DNA of 64,000 nt from an uncultured Candidatus Saccharibacteria bacterium. GTDB taxonomy: Bacteria; Patescibacteriota; Minisyncoccia; Phycocordibacterales; JACOZG01. The translations under genes and the position numbers were made by a program. This document shows positions 58,245-64,000 of the stretch, piece after piece. Where the stretch lies: assembly GCA_964648765.1 (NCBI GenBank), contig CAZYLF010000001.1, forward strand, positions 480,632 to 544,631, read 5' to 3'. A model generated the notes under the pieces. It made no database searches. It was not told where the DNA came from and saw only the letters and a program-made list of their open reading frames with translations. How positions within the stretch are numbered: position 1 is the first letter of the stretch; every line of letters starts with the position of its first letter.

Positions 58245-58934
58245 ATGTTACCAAGTAGCGCAAAAACCTCTTTGGAACTCCGCACAGAGGCGGCAACACT
58301 TCGTTTTTTGGGTAACCAAATAAGAGAGGGTACCCCCATTTGCGAAGCAATCACAGAAACAGTAAAAAACTTCCCTGATTTTTCGGAAGCTCTCCAGACC
58401 GCCCTTCATCAAATCCGGGAGGGAGACTCATTCCATACTGGCTTGATTGGTTATGAATGGTGCTTCCAAGATTTTGTCCCCGGTATGATCGGAATTGGGG
58501 AAGAAACAGGTCTACTGGACGTGACGTTACTCCAAGCGGCTAATTTAGTCGATCAAATGGCCACCGTGGTTGAGGGCGGAAAGAAGTCCAGTCGAGATCA
58601 GATTGCAGCCATGATTGACTTTTGGATGCTCGCGGAACTCATGAGCGCCGGTTTACCCCTTGTGCGCTGTTTCGAAATTTTGGAACAGACGTCAAGAAGT
58701 CGCTCAAAGAGTTATTGGGGTGTTTTGAGTGGTATGATTGCGCACCAGAGCCTGAGTATAGTAATGGGTTGGCATGCTGAGCACTATCTCCTATTCAACA
58801 CAAACGATGTGAGTAAAATGTTTCAAGTTGAAACCAAGTATATGGCTGATCATGAGGCCCGACGCAAAGATGAGCTACGACCGCAAGTGATCCGAGATAT
58901 TTACGAACGACATTATAAGGAGATCTTCGGTTAG
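58245..58934 (+). CDS. PilC/T2SS-F-like domain protein without obvious TM segments (cassette)
   Basis: IREGDSF..GMIGIGEETGLLD..L and LAELMSAGLPLVRCFEILEQ; TTGACT promoter at 58145; terminator at ~58960-58995. Confidence 0.7.
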   Translation: MLPSSAKTSLELRTEAATLRFLGNQIREGTPICEAITETVKNFPDFSEALQTALHQIREGDSFHTGLIGYEWCFQDFVPGMIGIGEETGLLDVTLLQAANLVDQMATVVEGGKKSSRDQIAAMIDFWMLAELMSAGLPLVRCFEILEQTSRSRSKSYWGVLSGMIAHQSLSIVMGWHAEHYLLFNTNDVSKMFQVETKYMADHEARRKDELRPQVIRDIYERHYKEIFG

Positions 58935-59063
58935 TAATAACCGACCAGCTCAGAATTTAGAACCGCTTTGGCAAACACCAAAGCGGTCTTTTTTTGTTCA
59001 TGTAAATATGCTAAAGTGCATTTGGAAATTGGTCTCGAAACGCTCTCTTGAAAGGAGGGGTAT

Positions 59064-59333
59064 ATGTGCCAACATCAGGCCAATGGAGAAAGAAGCTTCT
59101 GGATCTTGTTGTGGGTAGTTACTATGTTTACGTCCGCAATTCCCTTTGCTAGGGGCGAGCGTGGAATACTCGACAAGGTTGGACTAGGAATCGGTATTCT
59201 CATGGCAGTCATTCTAATTCTGGGTTTTGCTTTTGAATTTTATTGTCACAGGCATCCAGAATTTGTAGAACAAATGGAAAATGAATTTCAAAATGAGGAA
59301 GAAGAGCGGCGAAAAAAACTAGAGACCAAATGA
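59064..59333 (+). CDS. Small two-TM protein with charged tail (cassette)
   Basis: GAAAGGAGGGG SD; terminator aacccgtca..tggcgggtt-T at ~59355-59383. Confidence 0.7.
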   Translation: MCQHQANGERSFWILLWVVTMFTSAIPFARGERGILDKVGLGIGILMAVILILGFAFEFYCHRHPEFVEQMENEFQNEEEERRKKLETK

Positions 59334-59425
59334 AGAAGTAGTGTCCCTACACACAACCCGTCATTAATTTGGCGGGTTTTTTTATTTAACATTCTTTTCA
59401 CGACCGTTAAAACATTACACACTTT

Positions 59426-59468
59426 ACATAAAAAAACGGCAACGAGTCACATAGTGAATCATTGCCGG
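59426..59468 (-). repeat. Repeated terminator B, copy 2
   Basis: acataaaaaaacggcaacgagtcacatagtgaatcattgccgg. Confidence 0.88.
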
Positions 59469-59562
59469 TTATAAATAAAGTTGAGGGGGAAGCAGTGGCA
59501 ATAAGCCTCACTAGGCACCAGATAAAGGCCCTAATCTCCCGCAATCCCCCCCTATCACATCT
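59430..59562 (-). ncRNA. Putative structured small RNA
   Basis: GGGGGA..UCCCCC closing stem with two inner hairpins, then terminator B. Confidence 0.4.
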
Positions 59563-59609
59563 GAATCTAATATATTATAAAAAAATATTTTTGCAATATT
59601 TTAATAGCT

Positions 59610-60812
59610 TTATCTCGTCACCTGCTGATAAATCCCTAAACACTTCTTGGCCGATTCAAGCCAGGTGGTGCGGCGAGCTTCGGCTTCGCCGTGGAGAGCC
59701 AAAGTGCGCTGAAGTGGCGCGTGATTAATAACGCTTAAAATTTTATCGGTCATATCATCAATATCCCAAAAGTCTGCCTTAAGCGCATGTTTGAGCACCT
59801 CGGCCACGCCAGATTGGTTAGAAACTAAAACCGGCGTGCCATTCACCAACGACTCAAGCGGCGTAAGTCCAAACGGTTCGGAGATGGAAGGGAGCACATA
59901 AAGATCAGCCGAAGCATAAAGATCATTTAACTCTTGCCCGCGCAAGAAGCCACAGAAGATCACGCGGTCAGAAATGCCAAGCCGCGCGGCGTCATCAATG
60001 GTTTGCCTTTCCATATCGCCTGAACCGGCGACAATAAAATATACTTTCGGATTAAATTCTAAAACTCTTTTCGCCACTTTTATAAAATAATCGGGACCTT
60101 TTTGGAGGGTAAGACGACCAACAAACAGTACGATTTTATAACCCGCCTCTTTTAATTCTTTCAATCTCACATTTTGTCCGCGATATTCATCAGAGTCGAT
60201 CCCGTTGTGGACTACTTCAATTTTATGTTCCGGAATGCCGTAATGCTTCATCACGATATTTTTGGTCCAACGACTTATAGCAATCACCTTATCAGCCAGA
60301 GTCATCCCAGCCTTCTCAATTTCATAAACTTGCTGGTTTACTCCACTGCCACCCGTGCGATCAAACTCCGTGGCGTGAACATGCACCACTAACGGTTTAC
60401 CACTCAATTTCTTCGCCATCATACCGGCCGGGTACGCCAACCAATCGTGCGCGTGGATCACATCAAACTTTTGATTTTTAATTACTGCGCGCGCCCGCTC
60501 ACCATAAAGCCGCACCTCATCGATTAAATTGCGACCATAAATACTTGGTCCACTACCTCTGATCTCCCCGTACTTTTCTGAAGTAATGTAGGGGTAAACT
60601 AAAGTGTCGACTGTTTGGAGCGAGAACTTCTGAATATCAGCGAAGATCATTTTCATAAAGTCGGCACTCACATCCACTCTTTTTGGGAGCACGAAGATCA
60701 CCTCGGTGGGTAAGGTGCACATGGCTTTAGTTAAGCCAAAGCAAGCTGTGCCTAATCCCCCACTATTATGAGGGGGGAACTCCCAGCCAAACATTAGAAC
60801 CTTTAAATTCAT
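59610..60812 (-). CDS. Glycosyltransferase family 4 (glycogen-synthase-like)
   Basis: GWEFPP..GGLG, HAHDW, EPFGLTPLE motifs. Confidence 0.92.
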   Translation of the reverse strand: MNLKVLMFGWEFPPHNSGGLGTACFGLTKAMCTLPTEVIFVLPKRVDVSADFMKMIFADIQKFSLQTVDTLVYPYITSEKYGEIRGSGPSIYGRNLIDEVRLYGERARAVIKNQKFDVIHAHDWLAYPAGMMAKKLSGKPLVVHVHATEFDRTGGSGVNQQVYEIEKAGMTLADKVIAISRWTKNIVMKHYGIPEHKIEVVHNGIDSDEYRGQNVRLKELKEAGYKIVLFVGRLTLQKGPDYFIKVAKRVLEFNPKVYFIVAGSGDMERQTIDDAARLGISDRVIFCGFLRGQELNDLYASADLYVLPSISEPFGLTPLESLVNGTPVLVSNQSGVAEVLKHALKADFWDIDDMTDKILSVINHAPLQRTLALHGEAEARRTTWLESAKKCLGIYQQVTR

Positions 60813-60821
60813 GATGTGTCA

Positions 60822-62564
60822 TCAAGGTGCAATGTCCTTGATCTCTTTTCGGACAAGCTTCTCTGCTTCATTTAGATCACTCTTCAACCTATGCATTATT
60901 TTGGTCTCTTCGTCTGTTAAAGCGCGAGCAATTTTAGTTTTTTCAAGTATCTTCAAATGTTCCTGCAGATCTTCTCGTAAAATATCAAACGCTTTCTCAA
61001 GTGTTGTTTGCGCCTCACCTACCTCTTTACGCACATGATACTTATAACGCCTTGCCTGTCGCCAACTTGAAAGAATTAATAAAATCAAGATTAAGAGTAA
61101 GGCGAGCATTGGGATGAACAAGGTCAAAAAGTTTACCGTCCAATTACTTACCCTATTTAACCAGCTACGCTCCACCACAATTATTACTGGATCGCTACGT
61201 AAACTCTTTACACCATTTTGTTTGGTGACAATACCTGAAAAAAGGTAAACGCCATTTTTAAGTGACTTGGCATCAAAACTAAAAGCAAACTCACCGTTAT
61301 CATCACTTGTGACTTTTTGCTCAATTTCCCTTTCAGCATTTCGGCCGTAGTAGATTGTGACTTCTGAATTCAGATAAGTACGTCCCTTAATAGTAGCCAC
61401 TTCATCGGCGGCAATTCGGGATGGATATTCAGTAAATAATGGTGGGTTGATTGATTCAACTTCGATATCTAAATAGTCTGTAAGGTAATTACCGGCAAAG
61501 TCGATAGCGCGGGCAATTATAGTATGCTTGCCACTTGGCAGATTGTCGGCTTGGTAAATTGTTTTGCTGCCATTCTCAACATCTATCTGTGCAGGAATAA
61601 TTATGGCTTCACCATCACCAACTTTAATTTCATATTCTTTAATACCAGAGCCGCTATCGCTTGCACTTAGACTAAATCGCACAAAGGCCTCTGAATTATC
61701 CGATCTTGGGATTTCTTCAAACTCAAAAGTTTCTGGTTTAAGTGTGTCAATTTGGAAGCGAAAGTGAGAAACTGGGCCCCAACCAGCGGCATTACGTGCT
61801 TGAGCATGGAAGTAGTACGCGCCATCTTTAACATCAGGTAGAGCTTTTTCAGTTAGACGATAGTCATAAAACACACTTGGCTGGGAAGCTGCGTTTCTGT
61901 CGTATAGCAGTCTTACGGCCAACACGTCACGTGGCAGACTCCAATTAAATTCTGGGTCACTGTTTGCATACCAATTATCTGGTTCGGCGTGAGTGTCGGA
62001 TTTAATTACAATAGCTGATGGCAAAGTCCCCGCAATTGGCGCAGTTGGAGTAACTGGCACGGGAGTCGTAAGTAAACCCGGAGTCGGTCCAATTACAAAA
62101 TTTGCTGTACCAAGATTGGTGAGCACATTTGTGCCAAGTCCGTCATTAGCAAGCACCGCGCCTTGAGAGAACTTTAAGCCGGCATTACCCTCAGCTTTGG
62201 CTCTAAAGGTTAAAGTAATTAAATTTGTGCCAACACCTTGATAGCCTGGATTTAAAATAATGCCCTCAAAACTTGCAGTGCCATTAGTGTTAGAGAATGT
62301 TGGTTCTTGTACCCATAAACCTATACCTTGTGACACTTTAACTAAGCTAACGAGAGTTAGTTTATCGGTAGGGAAAGAAATATTTGATTGGATGGCGTTA
62401 ACCGCCTTGTCGGTGCTGGCAACTAAAACAGAAACGGAAAATACGTCACCAATTTTGTAACTACCTGTGGCCGGAGTAAATCTAAGATCCGCTGCGTTAG
62501 TTACTGTTGTAAGACAAAACAGCAATATAATGAGCGCTGCTATTTTTATGATAAATTTTTCCAT
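60822..62564 (-). CDS. Surface protein: cohesin-like N-domain, Ig-like domains, C-terminal TM
   Basis: Signal peptide; GDVFSVSVLV..VNAI...ISFP.DKL pattern; TM near the C-terminus. Confidence 0.75.
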   Translation of the reverse strand: MEKFIIKIAALIILLFCLTTVTNAADLRFTPATGSYKIGDVFSVSVLVASTDKAVNAIQSNISFPTDKLTLVSLVKVSQGIGLWVQEPTFSNTNGTASFEGIILNPGYQGVGTNLITLTFRAKAEGNAGLKFSQGAVLANDGLGTNVLTNLGTANFVIGPTPGLLTTPVPVTPTAPIAGTLPSAIVIKSDTHAEPDNWYANSDPEFNWSLPRDVLAVRLLYDRNAASQPSVFYDYRLTEKALPDVKDGAYYFHAQARNAAGWGPVSHFRFQIDTLKPETFEFEEIPRSDNSEAFVRFSLSASDSGSGIKEYEIKVGDGEAIIIPAQIDVENGSKTIYQADNLPSGKHTIIARAIDFAGNYLTDYLDIEVESINPPLFTEYPSRIAADEVATIKGRTYLNSEVTIYYGRNAEREIEQKVTSDDNGEFAFSFDAKSLKNGVYLFSGIVTKQNGVKSLRSDPVIIVVERSWLNRVSNWTVNFLTLFIPMLALLLILILLILSSWRQARRYKYHVRKEVGEAQTTLEKAFDILREDLQEHLKILEKTKIARALTDEETKIMHRLKSDLNEAEKLVRKEIKDIAP

Positions 62565-63373
62565 CAGCGACGTCTAAAAAATATTTTCAATGCCAAAAAG
62601 CCGAGACCAACGGCCATGATAATAATTATACTCCATAAAAAATATGGATGAAACGGAAAACTTGGATTACTGGGGTGGATAACTTCAATTTTTGAGTTTT
62701 CAAACTTATCTACGGCCTTGATATATACAAAACTACTCAAGTTTTGATCCTTTAACTCAGCTGGGCTAGTCACTTTTTGCCAATCTAAGCGCGATTCTCT
62801 GACCGGAAACCAACTTTGACCCTCTGCTATTTCGTAATGGTCAATACTGCTTTGTTTATCAACGGTTGAGAATACAATGAAATTTTTACCATCATATAAA
62901 TCCTCTGATTTAGAAATTAGTGGTGTAAACGACTCTGGAGGTAATAAATCAGTTACCTCTGTTTTATTATTAAGCTCTAAATTTACTAAGTTTTTAGCTT
63001 CTAAATTTTTAAAAACAACAACTGATTTTGTCCCTGCACCATCGTTAAGCAAAACTTCAGTATTTGTTTTGTCCCAACTTAGCGAATTCAATTTTGGCTC
63101 ACTCAGCATTGTAAGTGAAAAGATTTCGCCATTTTTGCCAACAAAGCCCCCCGGACGGATACCGGAAAAAACAAGTTTATTATCTATAATTTTAGGTTCT
63201 TCAAGCCAAAAATTAATAATTGAACTATTGATTTTCAAACTTTCTACTTTGGTTTGAGGCGAAAGGTAAATAGATCCAGAAATTGCATTTATAGATACTT
63301 CAGAATCTATATTAACTAACACTTCATATGTGCCACTCAAGTTCTTTAAAACTTTAAAATATAGTTCAGCCAT
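62564..63373 (-). CDS. Cohesin-like surface protein with C-terminal TM
   Basis: INAISGSI..SIINFWLEEP..FSG..LLNDGAGT, similar to the neighbouring gene. Confidence 0.65.
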   Translation of the reverse strand: MAELYFKVLKNLSGTYEVLVNIDSEVSINAISGSIYLSPQTKVESLKINSSIINFWLEEPKIIDNKLVFSGIRPGGFVGKNGEIFSLTMLSEPKLNSLSWDKTNTEVLLNDGAGTKSVVVFKNLEAKNLVNLELNNKTEVTDLLPPESFTPLISKSEDLYDGKNFIVFSTVDKQSSIDHYEIAEGQSWFPVRESRLDWQKVTSPAELKDQNLSSFVYIKAVDKFENSKIEVIHPSNPSFPFHPYFLWSIIIIMAVGLGFLALKIFFRRR

Positions 63374-63375
63374 AA

Positions 63376-64000
63376 TTACCCAGTCCAATAATAAGCCATA
63401 ATACTAAAGTCGATCAGGTCAACTTTAGTATCGCCGTTTAATTGACCTGTCTCCTTAACTGCAAACTCTGTACTTAGTACTCGTTTATACCAGTACGCCG
63501 CAATAGAGAAATCAACTAGATTTACCTTACTATCGCAATTTAAATCTGCTTTTACTGCACACCCCGTAGGTTGCGCGCCAATTGGTATATTTTGAGTACC
63601 CACCTTAAATGCAGCCGCCACACCGAAGGCACTGATTTCACTCGAAGTTGCGGCTTTGGATTTTGCACTATGATCACCAAACTCAAGGGGCGCCGTATCT
63701 AAATTGTAGAGATAGATACCCGATGTGTCAGAATTAGTGTTAAAGAAAAATGGCACAGGAGAGTTTACGTTGATTGTTACATTGGCACTTGGAGTCGTTT
63801 GGCCAAAAATTGCTAAATTATCTCCTTGTTTTACTTCTTGTTTGTCTACCGCAAGCGTAGGGGTGATGAAAATCCCACTAATTTTCGTTACGGCACCACT
63901 TGTGATCTCAAGAGGAAAGGAGAAAAGGCTGGAACGTCTGCCAGCATTATCTTCTCCGTAAAGCGAAAAATTATAATCACCTGAAGAAAGACTAGTGAGC
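63376..64000 (-). CDS. Surface protein with C-terminal dockerin-like repeat (5'-partial; frame open to window edge)
   Basis: ADLNCDSKVNLVDFSI and LNGDTKVDLIDFSI duplicated Ca-loop; no stop upstream of 63756 in frame. Confidence 0.8.
   Translation of the reverse strand, partial: LTSLSSGDYNFSLYGEDNAGRRSSLFSFPLEITSGAVTKISGIFITPTLAVDKQEVKQGDNLAIFGQTTPSANVTINVNSPVPFFFNTNSDTSGIYLYNLDTAPLEFGDHSAKSKAATSSEISAFGVAAAFKVGTQNIPIGAQPTGCAVKADLNCDSKVNLVDFSIAAYWYKRVLSTEFAVKETGQLNGDTKVDLIDFSIMAYYWTG

Noticed and set aside
59482-59500. GGAAGCAG suggesting SRP RNA
   Set aside because: The CAGG..GNRA half of the SRP helix 8 motif is missing.
74-63961. Many antisense or overlapping ORFs in the track (e.g. 1384-1986, 16266-16706, 26726-27025, 42267-42590, 57232-57564, 59462-59728)
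   Set aside because: They shadow well-supported genes or run through repeats and terminators; no SD, promoter or recognisable motifs.

Overview
This is a 64-kb chromosomal segment of a reduced, AT-rich bacterial genome. Gene content, trimmed enzymes and leaderless gene starts suggest Patescibacteria/CPR (Parcubacteria-like); this is an inference. The core genes are murA (end), two mreB paralogs, mreCD-mrdA, frr, rseP, proS, greA, lysS, mraZ-rsmH-ftsL-ftsI-murF, tRNA-Glu(CTC), a P-type ATPase, rmuC, rplU, recR, dnaB, cysS, ctpA, rplI, rpmA, gltX, murG-ftsW-mraY, scpAB, aspS, trpS, uvrAB, tgt, a GT4/GH57/GH15 glycan cluster and cohesin/dockerin-like surface proteins. The main observation is two expression 'dialects' in one chromosome. 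Core transcription units mostly start 6-13 nt after a -10 box with no Shine-Dalgarno. About 20 small accessory genes sit between core genes as self-contained cassettes: TTGACA-N16-18-TAnnnT promoter, longer leader, strong (G)AAAGGAG-type SD, ORF, intrinsic terminator. Several cassettes encode isolated, foreign-looking modules (PEP-CTERM protein, ClpC N-domain, PilC/T2SS-F-like domain, KOW, Zn-ribbons). Repeated terminators and a tandem scpA-aspS intergenic duplication, which includes a synonymously diverged aspS 3' end, hint at how cassettes are swapped. No integrase, transposase or CRISPR array was seen. All calls were made by eye, without database searches.
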